Assembly: GCA_050011235.1 (NCBI GenBank)
Contig: JBEKJN010000001.1
Span: forward strand, 1-45,366
DNA: 45,366 nt
Direction of reading: 5' to 3'
From: Verrucomicrobiota bacterium
GTDB taxonomy: Bacteria; Verrucomicrobiota; Verrucomicrobiia; Limisphaerales; UBA11358
The notes under the pieces: model-generated
What the model was told of the DNA's origin: nothing
The model's database searches: none
Seen by the model: the letters and a program-made list of their open reading frames with translations, nothing else
In this document: in pieces, positions 1-12,082 of the stretch
How the letters are laid out: each line of letters begins with the position of its first letter
Position numbering within the stretch: position 1 is the first letter of the stretch
Position numbers and translations under genes: made by a program

Positions 1-363
1 CAGTTCATTTGTCAAAGCTTCATATTGATAAATTGCCCATATCACAAAAATTTCATACTGCTCGGGTATGTATTCGAGAACTGCATTGGGTTCATTATCC
101 GCATGTTTGAAGAAGCCTCCCGCCTTACTGAGTTGATTGTATAATTCTTTGTGTTGAGACTTAACGATATGAGCTTCTAACCACTTCGTAATGGCCTTCG
201 GATTGTTTGCGTGTTTGCAAAGATCACGGGTTATAACGTAGGCGGCGTAAGACAGCGTATGTATTGAAACGAAATCGCCACCGGCAAAGAATAATTTGAC
301 CGCCGTTTCAAGTTGCCGCCGCGCGGAGTCTAATTTTGTAACTTGAATTCTGTTTTTTTCCAT
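1..363 (-). CDS. hypothetical protein, N-terminal part only (C-terminus lies beyond the window start); low GC
   Basis: My own minus-strand translation gives ATG at 361-363 followed by 120 sense codons with no stop (MEKNRIQVTKLDSARRQLETAVKLFFAGGDFVSIHTLSYAAY...). The ATG directly abuts the trpB stop (TAAATG). The ORF is absent from the ORF track because it runs off the edge. No family recognised. Confidence 0.5.
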   Translation of the reverse strand, partial: MEKNRIQVTKLDSARRQLETAVKLFFAGGDFVSIHTLSYAAYVITRDLCKHANNPKAITKWLEAHIVKSQHKELYNQLSKAGGFFKHADNEPNAVLEYIPEQYEIFVIWAIYQYEALTNEL

Positions 364-1578
<1,215 letters not shown>

Positions 1579-1641
1579 AAAACGGCGGGTAATCTCGCGC
1601 AAAGATGCAAAGACGCAAAGGAATTTATTTTGCCACGAATC

Positions 1642-1707
1642 GTAGGACAGGCATCCTGCCTGTCTCCAGATTCAAAAAGTCAGAGACAGGCTGAAAGCCT
1701 GTCCTAC
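1642..1707. repeat. REP-like double-hairpin element (ACAGGC/GCCTGT family)
   Basis: Sequence is gtaggacaggca-tcc-tgcctgtc ... gacaggc-tgaaa-gcctgtcctac. There are two hairpins with the same stem sequence, enclosed by the outer repeat gtaggacagg/cctgtcctac. It lies between trpB and pntB. A related element is at 33647-33702. Confidence 0.7.
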
Positions 1708-1713
1708 TTCAAC

Positions 1714-3135
1714 TCAACTCGCCTTCACGGCGGCGACGAGCGCAGTTAGCGAAGCCTTGGCGTCGCCGAAGAGCATCCGCGTGTTGTCCTTGTAGAAGAG
1801 AAGATTTTCAATGCCGGCAAAGCCCGCGGCCATCGAGCGTTTCATCACAATGACGGTCTTGGCGTGGTCGGCTTCGATAATCGGCATGCCGTAAATCGGG
1901 CTGCTCTTGTCCTCGCGCGCGGCGGGGTTGACGACGTCGTTGGCGCCGATGACGAGGCATACGTCCACGCGGTCCATCGTGGGGTTGATGGCTTCCATTT
2001 CGCAAAGCTGGTCGTAAGGCACGTTGGCCTCGGCGAGCAAAACGTTCATGTGGCCGGGCATGCGGCCGGCGACGGGATGAATGGCAAAACGCACTTCGAT
2101 GCCGCGTTTGCCGAGCTCATCGGCAAGTTCGCGCACCTGATGCTGTGCCTGCGCCACGGCCATGCCGTAACCGGGCACGATGACCACCTGCGTGGCGTAG
2201 CTGAGCAGCAACGCGGCTTCGTCGGCTTGAATCGGTTTGACGGTTTTCCCCGCCGCATCACCACCCGCCGCCCCGCCGCCGGAAGTGCTTGACCCAAACG
2301 CGCCGAACAAAACATTCGTGACCGGCCGGTTCATCGCTTTGCACATGAGCAGTGTGAGCAACGTGCCGGAGGAACCGACCAGCGTGCCGGCAACGATCAT
2401 GGAAATGTTGTTGATGGTGAAGCCGTCCGCCGCCACCGCGAGGCCGGTGAACGAGTTCAACAGCGAGATGACCACCGGCATGTCCGCGCCGCCGATGGGC
2501 ATGACCATCGCCACGCCGAAAACGAGCGCGAGCGCGAACATCGCGACGAACGCCGTGGGATTGGTCGTCGCCCAGCCGGTCAGGTAGGCGCACAAACCGA
2601 GGATGACGAGGAGAATCAGGCCGTTGAGAATGTTTTGTCCGGGGAACGTGTGCGGTTTTTCGAGGTGTCCCTGCAATTTAAGGAACGCGATGATGCTGCC
2701 GGAGAATGAGAGCGAGCCGATCAACGTGGCGAACAGCATCGTGATGGCGAAGAACGTGGTGACCTCCCCCGCGTTGGCGCGCCGCAGAAATTCCAGGCTC
2801 GCGACCAGCGCTGCCGCGCCGCCGCCCACGCCGTTGAACAGCGCGACCATCTGCGGCATCGCGGTCATCTTCACTGAATACGCGCCGATGGCGCCGATGA
2901 TCAAACCGATTACGATGCCGACGATCATGAGCGTGTAATTCAATGTCCAGCCCTGCGAGGCGGACGATTCGTTGCCGCTGTTGAGCAAGGGCAGCGTGGC
3001 GATAAGCGCGACCAACATGCCGAACGCGGCCAGCAAATTGCCGTAGCGCGCGGTCTTGGGTGAACTCAGCAGCTTGATGCCGAGGATGAACAAAACCGCG
3101 ACGGCAATAAATACGATGGCGATGAACGAACTCAT
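1714..3135 (-). CDS. pntB: NAD(P) transhydrogenase subunit beta
   Basis: 473-aa ORF with a multi-TM N-terminal half and a C-terminal NADP(H)-binding domain (VIVPGYGMAVAQAQH...GRMPGHMNVLLAEA...ANDVVNPAA). Confidence 0.95.
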   Translation of the reverse strand: MSSFIAIVFIAVAVLFILGIKLLSSPKTARYGNLLAAFGMLVALIATLPLLNSGNESSASQGWTLNYTLMIVGIVIGLIIGAIGAYSVKMTAMPQMVALFNGVGGGAAALVASLEFLRRANAGEVTTFFAITMLFATLIGSLSFSGSIIAFLKLQGHLEKPHTFPGQNILNGLILLVILGLCAYLTGWATTNPTAFVAMFALALVFGVAMVMPIGGADMPVVISLLNSFTGLAVAADGFTINNISMIVAGTLVGSSGTLLTLLMCKAMNRPVTNVLFGAFGSSTSGGGAAGGDAAGKTVKPIQADEAALLLSYATQVVIVPGYGMAVAQAQHQVRELADELGKRGIEVRFAIHPVAGRMPGHMNVLLAEANVPYDQLCEMEAINPTMDRVDVCLVIGANDVVNPAAREDKSSPIYGMPIIEADHAKTVIVMKRSMAAGFAGIENLLFYKDNTRMLFGDAKASLTALVAAVKAS

Positions 3136-3416
3136 TTTTTCTTCTTCTTGAACATTTGCAGCATCCGGTCGGTGACCATGAAACCGCCGAACACGTTGGC
3201 CGAACCGAAAATCACCGCAATGAAGCCGAGCGCGATGGCCAGGGAGCTTTGCGCGCTGGCGAGCACCAGCATGCCGCCCAGCAGGATGATGCCGTGAATG
3301 GCATTCGTGCCGGACATCAGGGGCGTGTGCAACATCGAGGGCACTCGGGCAATCAGTTCAAACCCGAGAAAAATCGAAAGGACAAAAATGAAGAATACCA
3401 GGATTTCGGTGCTCAT
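3132..3416 (-). CDS. pntAB: NAD(P) transhydrogenase alpha subunit part 2 (membrane piece)
   Basis: About 94 aa, hydrophobic (MSTEILVFFIFVLSIFLGFELI...GFMVTDRMLQMF). It sits between pntAA and pntB and overlaps the pntB start by 4 nt. The start is trimmed to the ATG at 3414-3416. Confidence 0.85.
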   Translation of the reverse strand: MSTEILVFFIFVLSIFLGFELIARVPSMLHTPLMSGTNAIHGIILLGGMLVLASAQSSLAIALGFIAVIFGSANVFGGFMVTDRMLQMFKKKKK

Positions 3417-3421
3417 AAAAA

Positions 3422-4555
3422 TCAGGTTGGTTTTGCCAGGAGTTTCTCGTTGACGATCTTGCCACCGTGCGTGATAAGGCAGCCCTTGATGATTTCGTCG
3501 TCCAGCTTGAGGACGAAGTTTTTGTTCTGCTTGTCCCAAAATTCTTCGATGAGGCTCGTCAGGTTCGCGGAATAATCCTGGCTGGCGTGCAGCGGCACTC
3601 GTCCCGGCAGGTTGGCGATGCCGACAATTTTCACCCCGTTGCGGTCGGTCACCTGGTCCAGAACCGCGCCCTCGACGTTGCCGCCGGTCTCAATCGCCAG
3701 GTCCACGACCACGCTGCCCGGCTTCATCGCGTTGAGTATTTCGGCCGTGACCAAAATCGGCGCCCGGCGGCCAAACACCTGCGCGGCGGTGATGACGACG
3801 TCGGAATCGCCGCAGGTTTTTTTCATCGCGTCTCGCTGCTTCTGGATTTGTTCCTCGGTCAGCGCCTTGGCATAGCCGTCCTTGGTCTGGCCGGTTTCGC
3901 CGAGGTCAATTTTTAGAAATTGCGCGCCGAGCGACTTGACCTGCTCCTCCACGACGGGCCGCGTGTCGTAGGCGGTGACCTTCGCGCCGAGCCGTTTGGC
4001 GGTGGCAATCGCCTGCAAACCGGCAACGCCGACGCCGATGATGAAAACTTTCGCCGGCAGGATCGTTCCCGCCGCCGTCGTCATCATCGGAAAAATCTTG
4101 TTGGAATAACGCGCGGCGAGGATGACTGCCTCGTAGCCGCCAAGGTTTGCCTGCGACGACAACACGTCCATCTTTTGCGCGCGGGTCGTGCGCGGGATGA
4201 ATTCCATGCTGATGGCGCTGATGCCGCGTTCAGCCAGCTTTTGGACCAAATCCTTTTCGTTGAACGGATCGAGCAGGCTCACGTGAATGCCCCCGGATTT
4301 GAGCAGCGCGATTTCCTCGCCCGGCGGTTTGCGCACTCGTAGCACGAGGTCGCCGGAACCCAACAGCGCCTTGCGGTCGGCAGTGATTGTCGCGCCGGCG
4401 GCAGTGTAGGCGGCGTCGGCAAATCCCGCCCTCAGCCCGAGGCCGGCCTCGACTTCCACCTGCGCGCCGAGCTTGACCAGCTTGGCCGCGCTGTCTGGCG
4501 TCAATGGCGTTCTCGTTTCGCCCGGTTGTGTTTCCTTGGGGACGGAAATTTTCAT
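3422..4555 (-). CDS. pntAA: NAD(P) transhydrogenase alpha subunit part 1 (alanine-dehydrogenase-like dI domain)
   Basis: 377-aa ORF starting MKISVPKETQPGETRTPLTP, with a Rossmann motif VFIIGVGVAGLQAIATAKRLGA. Confidence 0.93.
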   Translation of the reverse strand: MKISVPKETQPGETRTPLTPDSAAKLVKLGAQVEVEAGLGLRAGFADAAYTAAGATITADRKALLGSGDLVLRVRKPPGEEIALLKSGGIHVSLLDPFNEKDLVQKLAERGISAISMEFIPRTTRAQKMDVLSSQANLGGYEAVILAARYSNKIFPMMTTAAGTILPAKVFIIGVGVAGLQAIATAKRLGAKVTAYDTRPVVEEQVKSLGAQFLKIDLGETGQTKDGYAKALTEEQIQKQRDAMKKTCGDSDVVITAAQVFGRRAPILVTAEILNAMKPGSVVVDLAIETGGNVEGAVLDQVTDRNGVKIVGIANLPGRVPLHASQDYSANLTSLIEEFWDKQNKNFVLKLDDEIIKGCLITHGGKIVNEKLLAKPT

Positions 4556-4677
4556 TGCTTCAAAAAACGTGGCGCGCAGTGTACCAGAACGCGCGCCGGA
4601 GGGAACTCAAAAATTGCTTTTTCTGTGCTGCAATTGCCGGATTTAATCGTGTAACCAAGTTTTTTCTCTGACTCTTA

Positions 4678-5298
4678 TTAGGTGGCGGCTTTGGCGGCGT
4701 TGATGAACGCGCGCAACTTCGCGGGGTCCTTTTTCCCCGGTGAAATTTCCACGCCGCTCGAAACGTCCACGCCAAAGGGCCGCACTTTGCGAACGGCTTC
4801 GGCAACGTTCTCCGGCGTCAGTCCGCCAGCGAGGAAGATCGGTTTGCCGAATTTTTGCGCCTCGACGGCCAGGTCCCAATTGAATTTTTCGCCCGAACCG
4901 CCCACCGCCTCGGGCGAATACGCGTCTAGCAGCCACGCGTCGGTCTGGTATCTTGCCATTTCATTCAGCGTTCCGGCGTCGCGCATCCGGAAGGCCTTCA
5001 TGCTCATCAAGTTGAATTGCGAGCAATACACCGGCGGTTCGTCGCCGTGAAATTGCAACAGGTTCAAACCGCACTCGCCGATGGCGCGGACCACCACTTC
5101 TCTCGGGGCATTGACAAAAACGCCGACCCGCATGACGAATCCCGGCAATTGCTTTGCGATCCCGGCGGCCTCGGGAATGGTCATATGCCGCGGGCTTTTT
5201 TCATAAAAGACAAAGCCCAACGCGTCCGCTCGCGCCTCAACGGCGGCTTGCGCATCGCCGAGGTTCGTTATGCCGCAAATTTTGACCCACGTGCTCAT
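4678..5298 (-). CDS. trpF: phosphoribosylanthranilate isomerase
   Basis: Translation VKICGITNLGDAQAAVEARADALGFVF...LLQFHGDE...FLAGGLTPENV is typical of TrpF. The start is trimmed to MSTWVKICG (cat at 5296-5298). Confidence 0.9.
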   Translation of the reverse strand: MSTWVKICGITNLGDAQAAVEARADALGFVFYEKSPRHMTIPEAAGIAKQLPGFVMRVGVFVNAPREVVVRAIGECGLNLLQFHGDEPPVYCSQFNLMSMKAFRMRDAGTLNEMARYQTDAWLLDAYSPEAVGGSGEKFNWDLAVEAQKFGKPIFLAGGLTPENVAEAVRKVRPFGVDVSSGVEISPGKKDPAKLRAFINAAKAAT

Positions 5299-5441
5299 GC
5301 TTCGATTTTCGAATTGCGATTGACGCAACATTCATCTCTTCCCGCGTCAATCGTATTTCGTACATCGCAATTTGGAAAGTGTGTTTCCTGTCTCCGCTTT
5401 TTAGCTCGTCGTCCCGGCGCGAATTGTCGCAAATTAGGCCG

Positions 5442-6587
5442 ATGCTGCGGACGATTTATTTCGATTTCAACGCCACGACGCCGCTCGACCCACAGGTGCG
5501 CGAGGCAATGCTGCCCTTCTTGAGCGGGGTCTGGGGCAACCCTTCATCCGTGCATCACGTCGGCCGGCGCGCCCGGGCGGCGCTTGACGATGCGCGCGAC
5601 CGCGCGGCGAAATTCCTCGTTTGCAAGCCGAGCGAACTGATTTTCACCAGCGGCGGCACGGAGAGCAACAACCTGGCGATTTTCGGCGCGGCCCGGCTGC
5701 TCATGCCGAAGGGAAAACACCTCATCACGTCAGTCATTGAACATCACGCGGTGCTCCATTGCTTTGATTACCTCGAAAAAATGGGGGGTTTCGAGGTCTC
5801 GAGGTTGCCAGTGAATCGCGAAGGTCGCGTGTCGGTCGTTGATTTGCAGCAGGCGATTCGCCCGGACACCGTGCTGGTTTCAATCATGGCGGCCAACAAC
5901 GAAATCGGCACAATCCAGCCGGTGGCTGAACTGGGCGCGGTTTGTCGTGAGCGCGGAATTGTTTTCCATACGGATGCAGTCCAATGGTTCGGCAAGGAGC
6001 TGGTCGAGAACATCAGCCAGTTCAACGCTGACTTGGTTTCGATCTGCGCCCACAAATTCCACGGGCCGAAGGGAGCGGGGCTGCTTTATATCAGGTCACC
6101 GTTGCATCCCGACCCGGTTTTGTTGGGCGGTGGGCATGAAAATAAACGACGGGCAGGGACGGAAAATCTGGCGGGCATTGTTGGGTTGGTTGGAGCTTTG
6201 GAGCGTTTCGTTCGTCCGCCGGTTTTCAGGCGGACCCTCCTTAACCCGCTGACCTTGCAGCTAATCGAGCGTGCCGGGAGCAATAAAGGCGTGGAATTTG
6301 TCGGCTCGCGTGACTTTCGTCTGGCCAATACCGCCTCATTTGTTGTGCGCGGTGCGGACAGCATTTCTTTGCTGGCCGGCTTGGATTTGGAGGGAATCTG
6401 CGCCTCGAGTGGCTCAGCTTGTTCGGCGGGTTCGCTTGAGCCTTCACATGTGATTGACGCCATCGGTCACCGGGAATTGGCGAATTCTCTGGTTCGTTTT
6501 TCTCTCGGGCGTGAATCAACAAGGGAGGAGGTGGAGATCGCCGCTGCTTCTTTCCTGGAGGTCGTCGGCCGTGTACAACACTGTTAA
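5442..6587 (+). CDS. cysteine desulfurase (class V aminotransferase, NifS/IscS-like)
   Basis: Motifs YFDFNATTPLDP, FTSGGTESNN, HTDAVQ, the PLP-lysine motif SICAHKFHGPKG and the active-site loop SSGSACSAG. The start is trimmed to MLRTIYFD (ATG 5442). Confidence 0.9.
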   Translation: MLRTIYFDFNATTPLDPQVREAMLPFLSGVWGNPSSVHHVGRRARAALDDARDRAAKFLVCKPSELIFTSGGTESNNLAIFGAARLLMPKGKHLITSVIEHHAVLHCFDYLEKMGGFEVSRLPVNREGRVSVVDLQQAIRPDTVLVSIMAANNEIGTIQPVAELGAVCRERGIVFHTDAVQWFGKELVENISQFNADLVSICAHKFHGPKGAGLLYIRSPLHPDPVLLGGGHENKRRAGTENLAGIVGLVGALERFVRPPVFRRTLLNPLTLQLIERAGSNKGVEFVGSRDFRLANTASFVVRGADSISLLAGLDLEGICASSGSACSAGSLEPSHVIDAIGHRELANSLVRFSLGRESTREEVEIAAASFLEVVGRVQHC

Positions 6588-6709
6588 GATGCCCTCCTTT
6601 GCTTGTGAGTGGATTGTGGAAACTGTGAAGAAGACCATGAATTGGAATCTTTACACCGGCTTGGAAAACTTCCTCGTGTTTCTTTTTCTCATTTTTCTCT
6701 GCGTTTACC

Positions 6710-6740
6710 TTGACAGAAAAGGTTGTTTATCTTATCCACA
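6710..6740 (+). promoter_or_regulatory. candidate dnaN promoter -35 (TTGACA, 6710-6715) plus a perfect DnaA box TTATCCACA (6732-6740)
   Basis: Exact 9/9 match to the consensus DnaA box. It starts 17 nt after a perfect TTGACA, in an AT-rich spacer about 50 nt upstream of the dnaN ATG. A weaker box-like site, ttgtggaaa, lies around 6614-6622. Confidence 0.5.
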
Positions 6741-6790
6741 GCCCTTAATATTAAGAATAATTTAAAGATAGAAGAAACTATTAACAGCGC

Positions 6791-7900
6791 ATGAACCTTA
6801 CCATCGCGAAGGAGCAGATTCTCAATGGCCTGCAGGCGGTGCAGAATGTCGTCAGCGCGCGCACGACCTTGCCCATCCTGTCGAACGTCTTGATGAGTGT
6901 CGAAGGGGAAAAATTGGAGTTCACCGCGACGGATCTGGATGTGACAGTGGCTTGCACGGTCGAGGCAAAAGTGAAAAAAGGCGGCGCGGCAACCGTGCCG
7001 GTAAAAAAACTTTTTGGCATTGTCCGCGAGTTGAATGGGAGTGAAATAGACATTGAGGTTGACGACAAAAACATCTGCAGCATTCGCTGTGGTTCCTCAT
7101 TCTATCGGATTCATGGTCTGGCAGCGGACGAATTCCCGCCTTTACCCAAGTTCAAGGATGACAAGAAGGTCACACTGCCGCAGGAAACCGTCAAAGCCAT
7201 GCTGCGGAAGACATCCTTTGCCATTTCCACGGATGAATCCCGATATGTGCTGAACGGCATCTACATCAGCCTGAAGGATCACAAGATGACCGTTGTGGCG
7301 ACGGATGGCCGGCGGCTGGCCTTGGTGGATGAAGAAGTGGACATCGCGGAAAAAAGCGAGGGAGAAATCATCATCCCGGCAAAGGCGGTCAACGAATTGA
7401 ACCGCCTGCTTCAGGACAAGGGGGAAATCGTGGTCAAATTTGGCGAGAACCAGGCGTCGTTCGCGCTGAAGGACGAAAAAGGATTTTCCGTGCTGGTGGT
7501 GACAAAACTGATTGAAGGCAATTACCCCAACTACCGCCAGGTCATCCCCTCGGAGGTCAAGGAGCGTGTGCCGCTCGCGCGCGAGGAATTCCTGCACGCC
7601 CTGCGCCGCGCCGAAATCATGACCAGCGAAAAGGCGAACTCGGTCAAACTCGCCTTCGGCAAAAACAATCTGGCCATCACGGCCAATTCGCCGGAAGTCG
7701 GCGAAGCGCGCGAAAGCCTGGCGGTCAACTACAAGGGCAAGGAAATGGCCATCGCGTTCAATCCCAAATATCTCATTGACCCGCTCAACGCGTTGACGGA
7801 GGACGAGGTTTTCTTTGAACTGACCGACGAACTCAGCCCCGGGGTGTTGAAAATCAACGGCCCATTCCTCTACGTCGTCATGCCCATGCGGCTGAGTTGA
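6791..7900 (+). CDS. dnaN: DNA polymerase III beta sliding clamp
   Basis: 369 aa. N-terminus is L..L..VQNVVSARTTLPILSNVLM; the three-domain length and the C-terminal PMRL ending are typical of DnaN. Confidence 0.95.
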   Translation: MNLTIAKEQILNGLQAVQNVVSARTTLPILSNVLMSVEGEKLEFTATDLDVTVACTVEAKVKKGGAATVPVKKLFGIVRELNGSEIDIEVDDKNICSIRCGSSFYRIHGLAADEFPPLPKFKDDKKVTLPQETVKAMLRKTSFAISTDESRYVLNGIYISLKDHKMTVVATDGRRLALVDEEVDIAEKSEGEIIIPAKAVNELNRLLQDKGEIVVKFGENQASFALKDEKGFSVLVVTKLIEGNYPNYRQVIPSEVKERVPLAREEFLHALRRAEIMTSEKANSVKLAFGKNNLAITANSPEVGEARESLAVNYKGKEMAIAFNPKYLIDPLNALTEDEVFFELTDELSPGVLKINGPFLYVVMPMRLS

Positions 7901-7913
7901 GAAGCAAAAAGAA

Positions 7914-7950
7914 CAAAAAAAGAGCCGAGGGAGTCGGCTCTTGCTATTTT
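7914..7950. terminator. bidirectional intrinsic terminator between convergent dnaN and the PEP-CTERM gene
   Basis: Stem agagccga (7921-7928) pairs with tcggctct (7934-7941). The hairpin is flanked by an A-tract upstream and ttgctattttt downstream. Confidence 0.75.
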
Positions 7951-7964
7951 TAAAGCAGGGAAAA

Positions 7965-8657
7965 TCAGCGTTTGCGGCGCAGCGCGACCAACCACGCAAA
8001 ACCACCAATTAGGCCCAAAGCGAGCGAAGAAGGTTCAGGCACAGGAGACGCCGACACAACAAAGTTGTCCACCCGATCCGTGCCGCCGGTGCCCACCGTG
8101 CCTCCATTGGCACTCACCGCTGACTCGTCAAACAAGCGAAACGAAACAGATGTAGCATTGTTCAAAGCAGTTCCCGTGGAACTTAAATCAGGAGTGAAGG
8201 TGTAAATACTGGATGACGTTGTCGCGTTCCAAACAGGGTTTGGCGAGGCATTTGCCAAAACGGTGTAATTAGCGCCAATTTGTGTATAAGAACCACCATT
8301 GACGCTGTAAAACAATCCAAAGGTGCCCGGCCCCGTGTTACTGCTGGCTTGATCAAAAGAAATCTGTATGCCCGTGTAACTAATAGTGCTGACATCAAAT
8401 TCCCAAAAATCCCCGACGGCCCAAGTATTGGCACTGAAAGAGTGTGAAGATCCATTTCCGGCCGGATTGCTGTAAGTGGCCGCGCTGACGTGGGAACCGG
8501 AGGCGCTGCCACTGCCGATCTCCGGACTGAATGGGCCTGCCGTGGTAGGTAAGCTTGTTTCAAAAGACCAATCGCCGAGGATATCTGCTTTGGCGGTCAC
8601 GAGAGAAACCGCTGCCACGGCGGCTGTAAGAACGACAAAAGTTTTCATATGGTTCAT
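7965..8657 (-). CDS. PEP-CTERM sorting-domain secreted protein
   Basis: N-terminal signal peptide (MKTFVVLTAAVAAVSLVTAKA). The C-terminus PVPEPSSLALGLIGGFAWLVALRRKR gives the PEP motif, a TM segment and a basic tail. The alternative start is at 8648. Confidence 0.85.
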   Translation of the reverse strand: MNHMKTFVVLTAAVAAVSLVTAKADILGDWSFETSLPTTAGPFSPEIGSGSASGSHVSAATYSNPAGNGSSHSFSANTWAVGDFWEFDVSTISYTGIQISFDQASSNTGPGTFGLFYSVNGGSYTQIGANYTVLANASPNPVWNATTSSSIYTFTPDLSSTGTALNNATSVSFRLFDESAVSANGGTVGTGGTDRVDNFVVSASPVPEPSSLALGLIGGFAWLVALRRKR

Positions 8658-8781
8658 ATGGGTTACCTTTCTAAAAACAGCATTTGGGGTTACGTAACTA
8701 CGGGTATCTTTTTAGCGGAGAGCCGCAGGGAAAGCAAGAACCAAAAAGGAGAAACAATTCACAGCTTATTCACAAAAGGGG

Positions 8782-10632
<1,851 letters not shown>

Positions 10633-10744
10633 GGGCTTGATTTAACCACGGCAAGTCGCGCTGAAGCAAAGCGAAAGCGGAAGGGACACGGACGAACACG
10701 GATTTCTGAGGAGCAAGCGCAGGGAGGCAGCGCGCCTTGGAAGA

Positions 10745-11209
10745 TCATTTCTTCCCGTAATCGCGGATGATGGTGAGCATGGCGGTGGCATCGGGCGCTT
10801 GTTCCAGCGCCAGGCGAAAGTCGGCCTTGTGCAACAACTTGGCGATGTTGGCCAGCGTGTGGAGATGTTTTTGAAACTGGCCTTGCGGCACGAGGAACAG
10901 CATGACCAGCTTCACCGGCTGGTTGTCGAGCGCGTCGAAGTTCACGCCTGCCTTTGAGCGCCCGAGCGCGCCGACGACTTCGTAGATCAAATCCGTCGAG
11001 GCATGCGGGATGCCGATACCGAACCCGATGCCCGTGCTCATCGAGGTCTCGCGTTTCTTGACGGCGGCGGTGATGGCGTCGCGATGTTCCGCCGGAATTT
11101 TACCCGTGGTGACGAGATTGCTGATCAACTCGTCAATGGCCTCCCATCGGTTCGTTGCGCGCAAATCGGTGACGATTTGCTCTTCATTCAAAATATCGGC
11201 TAAGTCCAT
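10745..11209 (-). CDS. ptsN: PTS EIIA(Ntr/Fru)-type protein (PtsN-like nitrogen-regulatory IIA)
   Basis: 154 aa with the EIIA-2 fold signature (ETSMSTGIGFGIGIPHA, phospho-His region) and LVMLFLVP. Confidence 0.8.
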   Translation of the reverse strand: MDLADILNEEQIVTDLRATNRWEAIDELISNLVTTGKIPAEHRDAITAAVKKRETSMSTGIGFGIGIPHASTDLIYEVVGALGRSKAGVNFDALDNQPVKLVMLFLVPQGQFQKHLHTLANIAKLLHKADFRLALEQAPDATAMLTIIRDYGKK

Positions 11210-11288
11210 ACCGTGCGTCTGCTGAGGATTTGAACCAAACCGCGCGACAATTCAAGACAGAAATGTTGACAAAAGCGGCGCGCGACGG

Positions 11289-11942
11289 TCAAAGCCACTT
11301 CTGCAGCCAAAGCAAAACCTGTCCGGTGCCCTCCAACCACCATCCCAGCGCGTTCAAAAGGCCAACCTCCGTCGTCAACAACGGGACGCCAAACAACAAC
11401 ACACACACGTTGCCGAGAAAAACAATCACCGCCGAAAACAACCAGCCTTGCGACGTGATGTCCGACTGTCGCGTCTTCAAAACGTGCCAGGTCAGCGTCA
11501 CGTGAAACGCATATGCCGCGCCGATCAGCAAATGAAACCAGACCAGATAACTCCGCCAATCCCAAATCAAACGGCCGATGGAGAACCCGGCAACGATCAA
11601 CGCCACGTAAAGCGGGAAAAAATAGGGCGCCAGCGCGATCAGGAAATTGCTTTTCGAGACGACGACATGACCGCCGCTGGAGGAAACCTTGATTTTTTTC
11701 AACTGGCCGCCAAAAAGCCAGGCCCACGAGGCGTGCGTCAACTCGTGGCCGAAGACATAAATCCACATCGGTTTGGGCAGCAGCAGGAAAATCACCAGCC
11801 AGCACGCCACACCCGCCAGCAGCGGCACCCAAACCACGTCCACACCTCCGCTGGCGCAAAGCACCTTCCACAAAGCCATCGCCGCGCCGGCACAGACCGG
11901 CAGCAACAGGATGGCGATGACGAATTTGATCCACTTCAGCAC
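11289..11942 (-). CDS. polytopic membrane protein with an HExxH motif (putative membrane zinc metalloprotease, DUF3267-like)
   Basis: Multiple TM segments plus FGHELTHASWAWLFGG. The ORF-track N-terminus (to 12041) runs through the REP element at 11986-12039, so the start is moved to the GTG at 11940-11942. The start remains uncertain. Confidence 0.6.
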   Translation of the reverse strand: MLKWIKFVIAILLLPVCAGAAMALWKVLCASGGVDVVWVPLLAGVACWLVIFLLLPKPMWIYVFGHELTHASWAWLFGGQLKKIKVSSSGGHVVVSKSNFLIALAPYFFPLYVALIVAGFSIGRLIWDWRSYLVWFHLLIGAAYAFHVTLTWHVLKTRQSDITSQGWLFSAVIVFLGNVCVLLFGVPLLTTEVGLLNALGWWLEGTGQVLLWLQKWL

Positions 11943-11985
11943 ACAGGCAGAATTCAGAATTCGGAAGCTGGAGGCCAGAAGAAAC

Positions 11986-12039
11986 GGTAGGGACGCCGCG
12001 CTGCGGCGTCCGCGGTCGGCGCAGCGCGCCGACCCTACC
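11986..12039. repeat. REP-like element: two GC hairpins enclosed by an outer stem GGTAGGG/CCCTACC
   Basis: Sequence is ggtaggg-acgccgcgctgcggcgt-ccgcg-gtcggcgcagcgcgccgac-cctacc. Inner stems are acgccgc/gcggcgt (also readable as ggacgccgc/gcggcgtcc, overlapping the outer stem) and gtcggcgc/gcgccgac. Confidence 0.7.
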
Positions 12040-12082
12040 AATTTTGCTTTGAACTTTGGGCTTTGGACTTAACATTTCCGCG

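Noticed and set aside
7142-8008. 288-aa minus-strand ORF antisense to dnaN.
   Set aside because: It is a shadow ORF of the DnaN frame, and it runs through the bidirectional terminator.
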